DNA of 64,000 nt from Hyphochytrium catenoides (GCA_900088475.1 FLMG01002043.1:1-64000); one strand, 5' to 3'; shown: positions 1-14,200, numbered from the stretch's first letter. Translations and numbers: made by a program. Notes: generated from the sequence alone by a model not told the origin.

Positions 1-320
1 AGAGAGAGAGAGAGAGAAGGAGGCTGGGAGAAGTGAGATTCAACTCATGCTGATGACGAGGACTCGAGGTCGATGTCTGTTGATGGACTTTTATGTTCTG
101 ATACACAAAAGAGAGGGAGAGACGCAAACGAAGTAGAGACCGGGAGAGAGACAAGAGAGAGTATGAGTGAGAGACAGAGAGAGAGAAAGAAAGAGAGAGT
201 CGGATGAGTGTGTGGATATCAGTGAGAGAGAGAAAGAGAGAGAGAGAAAAGAGAGAGAGANNNNNNNNNNNNNNNNNNNNNNNNNNNNNNNNNNNNAGAG
301 AGAGAGGGAGAGAGAGAAAG
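1..320. repeat. (AG)n-rich microsatellite tract with assembly gap (N 261-296)
   Basis: Runs of AGAGAG/GAGA directly visible on both sides of a 36-N gap. Confidence 0.95.
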
Positions 321-636
321 GAAACTCGTTTGGGTGATGGGTTTCTGATGCGGTTGGGCACGTGTCACGTCGAAAAGAACTGAGATGTGATGAGTCGCCG
401 ACCTTCCTTTATATTATTATAGAAAATGATATGATAACACAGCACTGACAGTACCTTACTGGCTCTAACTGGCTCTTCTGACCCTTGTGGCAAGGGATAG
501 GAAACATTGCTTAGCTGTTGAAATAAAATTGGTTGAATGGGAGTGCTAACATAACAGCAGCACTGCTACGAGTACAAATGATGAAATTTATGACGAAGCA
601 TTCAGCCACTATTGAGTTCGTCCCCAAAGCAAGAGG

Positions 637-701
637 CCCTAACCCTAACCCTAGTTCTACTCGTAACCATCCAACGGACTTGCTAACGGGATGTTAGGGT
701 T
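637..701. repeat. Short interstitial telomeric-type repeat (CCCTAA)2CCCTAG with an inverted GTTAGGGTT partner
   Basis: ccctaaccctaaccctag at 637-654; gttagggtt at 693-701. Confidence 0.6.
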
Positions 702-2272
702 TCTCCTCTTTGGTTATACTACTGTTTTACCGTAGGACGGGATAGTTAAAACTGAGACTGTAGCTGCACTTCCTGGTTTTTTCACGTTTTATTAGTAGTT
801 CCACTGGCCCGCGGAAGTCATCCGCTTGCCGCGGCTGGGGCCCGGCAGATTGATGATATTGACGTGACTCTTTGCTCTTTGGCCATCAGCCGGGAAGCTC
901 GCCTCAACCGGGAGACAACTCTCCGGGAGCCAGGATACGAGCTAATAGGCAGGAAGGGGTGGACCATCATCATCGCTACTGCGAATGATGTACCTTTCTG
1001 CCCTGCCCGCCCACTAAAAGACAAGTACGGCGGACAATGGCAGAAGATGGAGATGAACAGCTGCTGCTATTAGTAGTACCGCATGAACAGGATTACTCAC
1101 CGTAAAATAGTCTTAGACACAGCAGGCACAAAGGAAACTTCTTACAGGTAATATGGATATACTACCCTGCCCACTACATAGCAACAGGATGAGATACTAC
1201 CTTTCTCCTGCCCGCGTTATTGGGGCACCAAATTCATAAGAAAATGGGAGCCATTGCATTAATATTAGACTACAGGTACCCGTTTGCTACTCATTTCTCA
1301 CAGATGTGAGGAGCACGTGAGGTCTCAGAGAGGAGTAGCACTTGGCAACGTGCAAAAATGAGAGAGGAAGATGAGATAATAAGGAATTCACTCAAGGGAG
1401 TGCGCCAAAGCTTAGTTCCTCATTAGGTGGCCTGTTTTCTCAATGAGAGCTGAATAAGAGTTTGACTTTGGCTTTAGCCAAAGCTGGTCACACGATAGAA
1501 ACTTGACGCGTCGTCCTCACGCCTGCTATACAATTTCTCCTCACAAACTGTTAAATCATTTCTTATGGTCACGCAGTGCCAGCCTTCACTTTGTACATCG
1601 GATGGTTAGCTCAGTAGCAAAGACCGTGAGCCCTTCCTAAGAGTCTGTTTCGGGGATCTTTGCATGAGAGACGAGCAAATACAAGTTCATTAGCCCCGCT
1701 CCTCATCATATACCATCAGAAAGGGTGCTCTCTTGCTTACCGCTTGGCTGATGTTCTCACTGGCTCTTTGATGTCTGCATACAAGAGCTGGATAATATCC
1801 TAACAAGAGAGCAAGCATTAGAATTAAGATTAAATGTGCGCAGTTCAGAGAAGAGCTTAAGGAGAACTAGCTATGCAAGCGAGTGGTGGGGAGTGAACTG
1901 TAAGGGAGAAGTACCACCCTAAAGTACCTTCATTGGTTGCAGAAAGGAGACATCGATGCCACCAATGTCTGCCACCCTCTCGAGGGCAGAGACCCCGTCC
2001 AGTATCGAAGCCTTCATTTCTCGCCTGCCAAAGAATGAAGGAGTTTGACTCTTGATCCCAGCTCTCCTACACTTCTATTGCAATTGAAACTGTCTTTCCG
2101 CTGACCCTACCTGAGGCTATGCTCGTGCTCGTACCGCATCTCATGCAAATCAACGTTCATCACCACGACATAGAGACTTTCTTGGGCTAATGCCGCAAGG
2201 AGCTTGTTCCAATAATTTCAGGTGAGAAGACCAAAAGTGGAGCATATACAATCGTAAAGAAACGCAGAAAAG

Positions 2273-5200
2273 TCAGAGCCTCTGTACACAGCGGAGGAGC
2301 TCTCCAAAGACCGCCTCTAGGTCTTGCCCCTCCGATACCCCTACCTTCTTGCTTCGTTCTGTGTCCTGCACCTTGTCGGTGATGGCATCTACCGAGCGCA
2401 GCCTCTCCGAAATATAGCGCTGACACAGCAGGCAGGAGTCGGTAACACGTTAGAATCAGTGGTGACAACTATGATGTATCAGGACAGCTGCAGTACTCTA
2501 TGCCTAGTTGAGGACATAACGCCACGAAGGAAAGAGAAAGAAGGGGAGCAGGATCGGGGGTGAAGATGAGACCTGCAGCAATGTTAGATGCCCGACTGCC
2601 AAAGAGTTCGCTGCCGATAGGATGCTTAGAGGGACGTAGTCCAGCAGTGGCCTAGCTGCTTCTTCGTCAAACTGAGCCTAAGAGTCCGAAGGAAAAGGAA
2701 TGAGAGACTTTGCCAACCGAGAACTTTACGGCATGTCATCCCTTGATGTCTTACCTGTCCATCTGAAGTCCTTCCAACTACCTCAAGAGAGGGCGTTAGA
2801 AGTCTAAAGACTCCTAAGATGCGTAGAAGGACCTATAGTATAGAAAGCACCCGCAATGTCGGGAGAGGAGAGCCAAGAGACTTAGTCACGGAGACAAGAG
2901 AAGGAAGATTTAAAGAAAGCAGTGGGGGCGAAAAACTTGAAAGACTGCAAGGGCAGATAGAGAGAGAGGGCTGTTTCGGGATAGCAGGCGAAGCAACCAG
3001 ATCAACAGCAGCATACGGTATCAAAGGGAGCAGAAGGGTTCCGGAAGCATTGTCCCTAAAGGTCCATGACAACAGGCAAAAGGTGCCAAGGGATAGAAAA
3101 GGAAGTGTTAAGGGCGTTCTCAACCTGTGCAATGAGTTCCTCTATTCTATAGTGGAAGTGATAGTTTCTGCGGCCGCCATTCTCGACCTTTTCGGAAGAA
3201 GTCATGGCCGGCTTTCCCCTCCGAGGACTACTGGATAGACGATTTGGGAAAATGCATGCAGGACATGAGCGAAAGAGAAGAAAGAGCGCGCGTAGTCAGC
3301 CAATTCGTGGTCAGGACTAAAAGGGTAAGAGCTTTCCAACGATAGAGGTCAAGAGATTTCTCGAAGAAGACAAGACTTAGGGAATAGTCAGTTCCATCAG
3401 GGCAAAGTGCGGAAAGTAAGCAAATAGAGTAAGTAAAGAGAAGGGGAAGAGGTTAGGCCGTAAGTACTATACGAAGGATTGCCCAAGGTCGACAGCCAAA
3501 CTTGAGAGAGAAGGTGAACAGCACCAACCCAAAGGTACCAGCAAGGGAATGAAACATATAGAGCGAAGTCGCTCTGGAAGGGCCATCGTAGCCATAGAAT
3601 TGCCCTCAAACTGTGGGAAAGGTGACCGAACAGCTATGATCGAGGCCAGATAGAATGAAACAGAACCTTGTTTGCAGTGCCCTTAGTGCCTCTTTGACCG
3701 CTGCTGCTTCCTCTTCCTCCTCCGGAGATATCGCGTCAACTAGCGCACTCAGTCGAGCGTGATGTGCTAGGGAGTTGGTGCCCTCTCCCACCGAGTGGGA
3801 CAGAGAAAGGAAAAGAGGAGGAAGGAGAGAAAGGAACAGAGAGATGGATCGCAGAGATCTTAGCTTCCACCTCTTTTTCTCCTTCGTCATCTCATAGAAC
3901 AGAGTCATGGCAGCTTCGGCTTCTTCCAACAACGCCACAGTCCACTTTGCTGGGCGGAATACGCCTTCTCAGACGAATCGCAGATGGGCGGAGGGAGAAA
4001 GAGAGAGAAAGAGAAAAACGAGAAGAAGATACAGAGCAAGAAGGGCGGTAAGAGTCACGTTTGGGAGGCAGAAAGAGAGGTTGAATACTGTCTTTGTATA
4101 AAGTAGGAGGGCTCGCGGTAAGAACCACGATATGATGCCTGCTAGTCGGAAAAGGAACTAGCTAAAACGCATTGATGGCAGATCGCACCTGGCATAAGAG
4201 GTTCATAAACCTCCAGAAGATATACCAGCTCATCAAGAAAGAAGTCAAAGCTCTCTCCAGTCCTTCTCTCTTCCTGTCTAGCACTTCGAATGAGATCTGC
4301 CCCGAGGCGAAGTAGTAGACACAAAGAGATATGCGAAGGACTGCGCTCCTGCGCTGAACCGCCTGACGGAGAAAGAGAGAGGTTTGGATGAGTCCTAAAG
4401 ATGTAAGGAGAACATAAAAGACAGACAGACGAGAGAGAGAAGGGGAAAAAAGAAAAGAGGGAGCTATACGAGCCATCATAGCATAAGGAGTGACTAGCAA
4501 TCCAGTGACAGCCTGAAGAGATGGGCCACAGAGAGGCAGACTATATACAACGATCATCCCCTGACCATATCCTCGTCTCCACACCGTGCGCTTCACCGGT
4601 GTAGCCCAGTCGTTGGCCTCATTTTCTTGGCTTGCTCTCTCTTCTGCTTCTCGCTTAAGCAACTGGGATACCTGTGAAAAAGAAGAGACACAGGCGGGGC
4701 AAGAAGAAGGAGAGCTCGACTCAGTGTCAAATCCTCCCTTGTGTCTTTCTCGCGACTCTCTTCTGCCTCCATACATTGCTCCCTCTCTAAACCTGACCAG
4801 TTTGTCTACACTTTTAACTTCCTCGACCTCTTACCACTTCTCCGAAGTACTGACTGTGGATTAGGGTCTGCGGCACTCTCTCCCGCACAAGATCCCCAGC
4901 TAAAAAGGGATTCTGGGCCATTGTGACCAACACTTCCAGGATAGCGCAGGCAGAGTGTGAAGGGGAGCACCGAAGGGAACTGGGAAGAGCTACAGCAGGG
5001 ATCGTTGTTGCAATGAAGAGAGAATGAAGAGCAAGTACGAAGAAGAGGGTGAGAGATTCAGCATAATGGTCTAAAGGCTTGCACATAGAAGGAAGCAATA
5101 TGTTAATATAGGACTCGAAGACCAGACGAGCAGGCACTCTTAAGCACAAGAGGACAGAACTCGCAAAGCAGGCAGCAGAGGAAAGCTCTTGGACGATAAC

Positions 5201-8200
5201 ATCTGTCTGAGAATGATGAGGTTGGCTCTGCATCCGGAGAGAACGTCAATGCAGATGGCAAAATGGGTAGAAGCAGAGCGAACGTCACTGCGTTGATGGC
5301 AGAGCAAACAGGGTAGCGGGTTTCTGGCTTCTACTGACCGTTGTCTGGCAGGTTTTGTCCTGCTTCTGGCTCCTGCGCCAATGATAAAGCCTGGAAGTGG
5401 GAAAGCAGCGCAGACAGGACGCCTTGCTCTCGGAAAGTCTGGAAGTGTTCTCGTCCTTCTAATGACGAAGAGAGAGGTACGAGCCCTGCAGAGCAGCTTT
5501 TCTCTTGGACGAGCAGACAGAGGAGAGCCATACACACTTGGAAGAGAGAATCGAGCTCCTCTATGGAAAAATGGTCCTCTACATCAATGGAAATAGCCTT
5601 GTTAGAGAGGAGAAGGAACTTGAAAGACACAGAAAGAAGGATAGTAGAGATATTCAATCAAGCGGCCAAGAGGACGGCCTAGGTAGTGAAAAGAGCGCGC
5701 AAGCTACTTCTGTCACCTGTCTGGCTTGTTCGTCTTCTATTAGTCCCTTCGCGGAACCTTAAACAGAGTCTAACGAGGTAGACAGCGCGGCCTCTAACAG
5801 ACCGCTGCTGAAAGGAAGAAGATGAAGAGATAACAACTCCGCCATATTCATCATTAGGTTTGTCGGCAGCATTCTCTTGGTCGCCTTCCTCCAGCTCTCG
5901 CAGATGACGGAAGAGCAACAAAGCGGAAGTGAGAACTGCCGTCAACAGTGAGAGAGAGAGCTTCTGCGTCGTTCTAGCTGCGACCGAGAAGAGCTTTCTC
6001 TCCTCCTCCTCTTTGTATTTGGAGAAAAAGTCTCCCATGGGCGAGGGAGAGAACCTATCAGCTAGGGCCAACAACGTATCCAGCAAAGAGATGGACTGAG
6101 AGACAGTTAAGCGCTTGCTGTGCCGAGCCTAAAGCAGAAAAGAGAGCAAGAAGCACGTAGTGTTAGGTGCAAATGAGGGCACTAGAAGTATGCATAGGCC
6201 CCTGTGGAAGAAGAGGCAGTCTTAAAACAACGACAGGAAGAGAGAGGAAAGGACAAGTCGAAGGTAGAGGACTCTGGTAAAGAGAAAAAGGGAGGCGCGG
6301 CGGATAGGTGGGAGGCTTGGTCTAACCTTTGTCATACTTTTGGCAGGGTCTGCCGTCTTTCTCAGCACAAAGTGCAGCTGATGGTGCAGCATCGCCGCTA
6401 ACGACTCACAGATTGCAGAGGTCGAAAGAAGAGACAAGAGACTCTCTTGTCTGTCAACCGCGCGAGTAAGAGCGTCTCCCAAGCTCCGGATCATAGCGAA
6501 GGAGGTGCGATCCCCCGCGAAGAAAGAGACATTCTGGGATGGAGTTTTGCTCGTCTCAGCTACTTCCGCAGGTAGAGGAGGATGCGGTGGAGAGGACTGA
6601 ACATGCAGAACCGAGGACCGACGAGTGAGAAGTGGCGACATCTCTAGAGAGCTCCTGCTGGTAGAGACCGAGGTTGATGCCATAGGAGAGGAGGAAGGCT
6701 GCAGGCAGCAGACTTCCATAAAGACCTTCCAGCCTCTGATGAGAGAGAGCTATAGAACCAAAGTTCGAGGTAAGACGAAGAAGAAACCAGAGCAAGGTGT
6801 AAATAACCACTGCTTAATGGAGTCTCGCTCTTTCATGCCGTTCTCTTCTCTTCTCTACAACTTTGTCTCTCAATCGTTCACTGCAGCATTTTGCTCCCTT
6901 TCCGCAGTGCCTTACTCCTTTCTTCCCAGGTTATGATAGGAATTTCTGGTCCTCTGTTCCACACTTACCTGCGCGTCGGCATAAGAGAGTGCTCTGTTCA
7001 CCCTTTTCACCTGGAGTAGCAGCTCCATCCCTTTAGGATCGGACAGTCCAAGAGCTGCGCTCAGCGCCGCCTCGTTAAGGTCCATAGGAAGAGACAATGC
7101 GGACTGTATCAAGTAGGGAGAGAAGACAAAGGACTCTCCATATATGGTCTCTCCCCATCGACCTGGTGTCTACCAAACGAACAACTGCATTAGAAGAAGC
7201 TATACGGAGAGCGATAGAGTGCGATAGAGAGAGACATGCACAAAGACAGACAGTGCGCCACCGAATATGACTGTCAAAGGAGGTACCGAGAGACAAGAGC
7301 AAAGTTAGAGCCAACGCTACATGGAGACAAGAGCCACCAGCAAGCATTCTTGGCAGTAGAAGAAGAGGAGGAGAATAGGTACGAAGAGTGGCGCGGAACT
7401 GACCCTAAAGCTATGAAGAGATAGAGAAAGAGTTCTCTCTGCTATCGCTTTTAGCTGCTCAAGCTCCGTGGCACTATAGTCAAACCTCGTGTACTCGACG
7501 ACGCAGCGAGAGAAGGTCTCCTCCGAGAAGCACTTTTCCACGTAGGGAAAGAAAAGGAGGGGACCAAAAGAATTAGACGATGGACGGAAATAGAGACACC
7601 GGACGCGTTTGAGAAAGTCCGGAGAAGACAACCAAGCACGGCAGGGACGGGGACGACATTCAATAGAGGGATAGACAAAGAGATTGACGAGAACTCGCTC
7701 CCCCAGCGCTTTGCATGGAGCGAGAACAGAAGAGGAAATTGCCAGACTGATATACCTTTTTAAGCGTCTCCGTCAGCGCCTTATCCTCGTCCTCACCACT
7801 GCCTTTCTGATGCCTCGAATGCCATTCCACGGCCAGAATGCCCAGGACGAGACTCCGGCAGGCTAACTGATGGCAGCAGTCGGCTGAATAGCCACTCTCG
7901 TCTACGCAGAGCAAAGGCAGTAAGAGGAAGAGAGAGATTGAAGAGACAGCGAGAGAAAATGAAGACGAAGAGATAGAGGCAAGCTATGTACAGAATGCGA
8001 GGACTGTCTAGCACCCTTCATTTAAAGAGGTACCTTTGCCTCCTTCTAGTGGGAGAGAGAGAATCGACGTGAGGTTCGCCCAGAAGCTATCGTCCTGTCT
8101 CAATCCTCGAACAACCTATAATGAGAGAGAGGAGAAGAGAGATGTAAATGGAATCAGGTAGATTCGACCAATGAGCCGGCAGCTTTTCACTTCGGATACC

Positions 8201-11200
8201 TTGGTCCTGCAGGCACTCTCCTTCTCTCCCTCTTCCTTTACCCCTCTCTCTATCCTCGCTCCCCTTTCTCTCTCCCTGCCCCCCATATCTTTCTTACTCT
8301 GTCTGCCTCTTTATTTCTCACTCTTCTGCTTTTTCTCCTCTCTCCCTTCAGCTCCGCCCTTTCTTTTTCCTTCTCTCCGTATGCTGGTCGCAGTCTCTCT
8401 CCATGTGTCCGTCAGAATCGTTGGTGCTATGACAGAATCTCTCTAGAGCTGGTTGTGCCTACCTGGAGATGCTGTCTCCTGCCCACTGCGGCTCCATTCC
8501 AGAGAAAGAGGAGGACCTGAAGAGTAGCTTCAAGTACCATTGGCTGGTCTACTATCAGAGCTCTTGAGTCCTTGAGAAGGGCAACGAAGATAGAAGAAAG
8601 AGACGGAGACGGATCGGACGCGGCAGATGGAGCCTGAAGAAGAACCCCCGCCAGTCCTACATGGCAGGAAAGAGAGACGAGCAAAAGGACCAGCAGTATT
8701 GGAGTGAGAACCTCACTTTGCAGGAATACAGCTCTGACCTTCTTTTAAGATAGGCATGACATCTCTGTTTCTTGTCCCATCTATCTTTATCCCTTGTTCT
8801 GGGCCTTACCTGGTTGATATTCAAGGGCCGCCTTCACTAGCGCTAAGGCAGCGGTCTTAAGGTGAGGAGACTCATCTCCTGGCTGCTGAAGGGCTCCCAC
8901 AACGGAGCGCCGCAGGGCTACGACGTTGAGAGACATGCGGGAGTTCAAGGAGAGAGGGGGAAGGGCAGACAGTGGGTCTGATTAGGAAAACAATTGGACA
9001 TACTTATAGCGGTTTCTGCACGAGAAAGGTCCTTCTACCCACCTTCTCCCTGGTCCTCTGAAGGGAAGAAAGCCATGACAGAGCTCTGATGCGGCAGCTC
9101 AGCGATGGGGCGCGAGGAGCCTGTCGCGCTATTCATATTGTCCAAGTTGGAGTCGTCCGTACGACTAGGTGGAGAGACTGAGGACTGCTCAGAGGAGCAG
9201 ATGCTTAGATAAACAAGGAGGCGAGTGGCGAGGATGGGTAGTGCTCTCCCTGAGGGCCTCTTATAGTCCAGGAAGGCTCTAACTATGGTCACCAAGTTGG
9301 CTCCATCTAAGAAGAAAGTGGAAGGAGAAGATGGAGGAGGAGTTTGAAGTGAAGAGTAAGAGGAAGCGGAGGAGAGAAAGACTGCCGACGTGGCTGACGC
9401 ATATGTTGAGACCTCTACCGTTGACGTGAGAAGGTCAGCCTTCTGTCTTGCCTTCCACGCCAGCTGAGAAGGAAGCAGCCGAGGATCCACTGGGGAGGCA
9501 CAGGAGAGTGGAGAAGATGGGGAAAACTCTTCTGAGAGCACGGCCGCTTCCAAAAGAAGGAGAGACTCAATGGCCATTAACTCAATGAGGTTGTACTCCA
9601 AGGCGCTTATACCGCGGAACAGGCCCCTCTCAAAGTCAACAAACCCTCTTTTCCCATAAGAAGACGAGGAGCCAAAGCGACCGCTGTCATTCTTCCGTCT
9701 CATGAGGTCAGAGAGAGTTAGCCCAGTCTGGGACGAGATAGATTCAGTGGTCTGAGCCCTAAAGAGTCCAGCTCCAGTAGACCCGGAGACCAGGACGACC
9801 AGGGGAGGATAGAGAGCCCGCTGCGTCACTCTGTCGTGAAGAAGCGCCTCTACAACGACAGCAAATTGATAAAGGTGAGGAGTCAGTAAGGCAAAGTAAG
9901 TGCCAGGTGGTAAGAAGAGAAGGACCGACGCCAACGTTTTTCGTGGACGGAGCTTATACCTATGACAATTCGCTTGCTCTCAAGTGCCACAGTGTCAACT
10001 AGGCCCAGGACGGAGTTGGTCTTAAGGTAGGGAAGAGGAGCCTGGGCCGGCGATGCAATCGAGCAGAGGATCAGACGACTACGGATTGACTCAGAGATGG
10101 AGATTGCGAAAGGCAAGATTGAGTGTGGTGGGCTCTAAGGAAGGATTGAAATCTTCCACCGACAGAACAAATGCAGTCAATGACCAGAGGAAGAGACAGA
10201 GACAGAGAGTGTAAGAGAGAGAGACAGAGAGTGTAAAAGAGAGAGAGCGAGAGAGAGAGAGAGAGGAAAAGGGAGAGCTGAAGTCGTGAGTAGCTTTCAA
10301 GTTTTACCTCTAGCACTTGGCGCAGAGCTCTAGTACACAGCGCACCAATCTTCCACCGCTGACTGCGACGAGAGTATCTCCAGCTGTCATGGGAGGACAG
10401 AACGGACAGAATGACGGACAGAATACGAAGCAAAGCAGGTTCCTCCCATCCCTTCCCAAGCGTAACCTCTCCAACCCTTATCAAGAACTGTAGAAGCATC
10501 TCGTCCTCTCTTTCTCCTTTGCTGGGAGGTGGAAGAGGGTGTTGCTCTCCTGCGGGTCCATGCTTTTGAGCACAGAAATAGAGCTCACACACTCTTTCCA
10601 CAAAGCGGCCAAAGTCGAGTAGAGTAAGGGGAGAGAGAGAAAGACCACTGGCAGGATGAGAGGAAGAAGGAACAGCAAAGTGCAAGAAGAGTCTTTCGAC
10701 TATTGGGAGAGAGAGGCCATATCCCAGCTGCTCTTGTAGAGCATTGACAAAGTCTTTCGCCTCTATCTGCCCACCTTGAAGAGGCATGCCGTCCTCTCTA
10801 CTACTCCCTCTTCCCGCGCTTCTCCCTTTGTGACGAAGAAATAAGCCCCGCAATCGCAGCGCCGGGTGCTGCTTCTGAAGAGAGGTGAGCAAGGAAATAG
10901 AAAGCTCCAAAAGAGAGAGGATCCCCTCATAATTGCCCGTGTGTATCTCGCGTGAATGCAAGAGAGAAAGTGACGCTTGGTAGAAAGAATGAAGAAGATC
11001 TCTTTCGCCTGCTCGTCCCCAAAGTGGTGATGGAGGTACTGCAAGAGAGTCATCCCGCTTCTCCAAGAGGTACAGCAACAGCCGTTTCCCAGTCTTTAGC
11101 CCTGCGACCGTGGAAAAGAGCTTTAGACAGCCCACAGAGATGTCCTGAAGAGTCGCTAGGACATTTTCCTTCTGTCGTTCTCGCCGACGTCTCAAGCCCT

Positions 11201-14200
11201 CCCAGTCACTGGAGAGTGGGCTTGAGTGAGAGAAGGAGGAAAGATTCGAGGTTTTATCTGCGGTTGCCTCGTGGCTCACCTCCTGGAGCAGCGCTGTAGA
11301 GTGAAGGAAAGTAGAAAGGACGCCTCGAAGTAGGTAGAGAATGCCGGTATCATCAACAGAAGAACAAAGAGAGGGTGATGAGCTCGAAGCGACAGACTTC
11401 TGCTTCCTCATCTTCTCACTGCTGAGGGCGGAAAGGAGACGTTCTCTCTCTGTCTCGGAAGTGACCCCAAGCTGCAGGAGATGCTCTTCTGTGACAGGAA
11501 GAGAAAGCAGGTGATCCAAAGTCACGCCTCCTTCCCAAAAGAAGGAGGAGAGGCGTTCCAGCTGATGAGATCTAAGCCAGTTAAGCAGTCTTTCCTCTTG
11601 AATGTGAGAGCCAAAGCGACAAAGAAAGTCGTCCCCTCCATCACCTCTCTCCTTCTCCCCGCCTACGGTCGCATAATAAAGAAGAGAGCCCAGAAGCTCC
11701 ACGCTGGACTTGCACTCCAGCAGCGTTTGCGAAAGATTATCCTCAATAGGAGAAAGAGACAGAGTCTTCAGTCTCTTCTGCCCGAACGAATGCGAGCGAT
11801 GAGAGGTAGAGGAGACACTGAGGAAGGAAACTAAGTCCTCTACGTTCACTTCCCATAGCCTTTGAAGGTTTTCCACGAGAATTGGCCACGCAGAGAGAGA
11901 ATATTCCCACTGGGCAACGGTGGCTCCTGTTTTTTCCACTCCGTAGAGAGCCGAAGAGCGGCGGGACAGAGGAGGAGAAAGTATTTTGCCTCTAGTTCCC
12001 CTCGGAAGCGAGATCCCCTCGGTAGTGTAGGTGTATCTGGAAGAGAGAGCAACCCCTGGAATGTCTGCCACATCAGGTCTCTCCTTATTCCGCTTGTCCT
12101 GTCCAGTAAAGGGAAGCATGGCCAGGAGAGGCTGAGGAGGCAGAGGAAGGGAGAGGAAGGATATCCCTCTTCCTCCTTCTCTTGCTCCAGCTAACCGCTC
12201 AAATACTCGCACTGCGCTCTCCATATCCCCAATTAAGGAAGAACAGAGCGTCGTGAGGGCCCAGGTTCGCCAGGGAAAGAAAGACAAAGAAAGAGAGATC
12301 ACTCCCTCAATGGCATCGGGTGTCTCTTCCTCAGTTTCCATTTTACTCCAGACGGTCGAACAGAGAGATGGAACGCCCTTCAATGCTGCAGAGAGGAGAG
12401 TAACAAAGACAACGACATCTTTTTCGGTCTGCGTCTGCTGTAAATAAGGAAGCGCAAGGAAGAGCGCATTGCTAAAGTCTCTCAGTATCCTCTTGGACAA
12501 GAAAAGGCCATAGAAGGTCCTTCGTGACACCACTTCCTCTCCGTGCAGCGCACTCTGAGGGATCTCGTCAAGCACTTGCAGAGGCAAAGAGGGAAAGTGG
12601 TCAATCTAAAAGCATCGAACACACCATCCCACGCCCTTCTGGACCCCGTTTCCATTACCCTTCTGGCAACCCTTACAATAGCTAGCCGCCCTCACGGTGT
12701 TAGTCAATGGACTTATACCTGTAGGAGAACTGGGCAAGTCACGTCCTGTTTGTCCGTCCCGATATTCTCCATAGTAGCCCACGTACGAGGTCCACGGCGT
12801 CGAGGTACCGGTCAGAGCGGGCTTTGGCAGATCAAAGAAAAGAGGCGCAAACGGATGATGAGCCACAGCGCTATGAATTGAGGGTAGATTTCGAAACCAG
12901 CAAAAGTGATGCAGAGGGCTTAAAGAGCGAAAGAGATTGCTAAGAAGGTGTCGAAAGGTAGCGGACCTCAAACCGCTTGTTCTCGCTCTCCATTGTTTGA
13001 GCCATAGAAAGAAGGAAAGCCATGGCCCCTAATTCATCTCCAAAGACAGAAGCCTGCGTGATGGTCTCCTCACTGCAAAGAGCAGAGAGTCGCGAGAGCA
13101 AGTCGTCCTCTCTCCCTCTCTGACTCATCCTGTCTAGCCCCTGTAGCTGCACTCGTAGGAGAGCAAGCATGCTTCCCCAGGCTTTAAGGAGAACAGCATG
13201 AGGAGGAGGCTCTGAATCTGCTCTTTCTTCGCTAAGGTACTTCCCAGGTCCCTTCCACGCTACTGCGGCTGTTCTCAGCTCCTCGTTAAAGAATTGATCG
13301 ATGGCTAAGAATTGTGACAGGCTCTGGTCCGTGAGTGTAGATGAGGAAGAAGGTAGCAAAAGCGGGTGGTAGATAGCTCTTTCTCCTGTTAGCTCTTTCG
13401 CTTCTTGACCGGTGAAGAAAGAGAAGCTGAGTCCCTGTAAGAGGACAAAGACCATACTCTGCGTCACTGCGCGGCACAGGTCAATCTTTCCATTTGGCAC
13501 CAGGAGAGAAAGCTTAGTCCTGCAGGGGCCAATAAGACAAGTTAGCATCCAGCCTATGGAAAGTAGATAAGAGCGACGTACCTTGAAGTGCCAAAGTCGA
13601 GTTTGGAGAATAACTCCAAAAGGCGGAAGAAAAAAGAAGGCGAGATATGTATCCTCTGCACCGTGAGAGCCTGCAGTAGCTGCAGCAAAAGATTCTCCTC
13701 TGAGACGCACTGCTGGGCCCACGCCACCTCGTGCCGATGATAGAAGTCCACCAGCTCTTCTCCCTCAACCTCCTTTCGTCCTGTTAACGCTTGGAGCTCG
13801 CATGAGAATGGAGAGTAGACGTTGGGAGCGTCGTTATCATAGAGTTCCTGAAGCTTTCCCAGCACTTCGGAGAGGACACTGCTCTCTTCTCCTGCTGTTC
13901 CATGGGTAGAATGATTGAGTATCTCATCCAAATATTCCTTTGCGAGGGAGTGGTAAGGATGCGACTCTCTCTTCTCATTGGCGATACGTAGTATCTCTAT
14001 GACAAGCTCTACAAGTGCTCTCCTCTCTCCATAGTAATAGTCACGGAGATCCTCAAACCATCCCAGTCCATCCCAAAAGCCTTCGTTAACCGTGGAAAGG
14101 CTGAGAGAGCTATGGAAATCTCGGAGAAAGTCCCTGAAGAGCTGGAAGGTTTGAATCTGTCCAACAACAGAGCAGAAGCGGAGCATCAGGATATGAGCTT

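Noticed and set aside
1599-1670. tRNA-like start GGATGGTTAGCTCAGTAG
   Set aside because: No T-arm (GTTCRA), anticodon stem or acceptor pairing follows.
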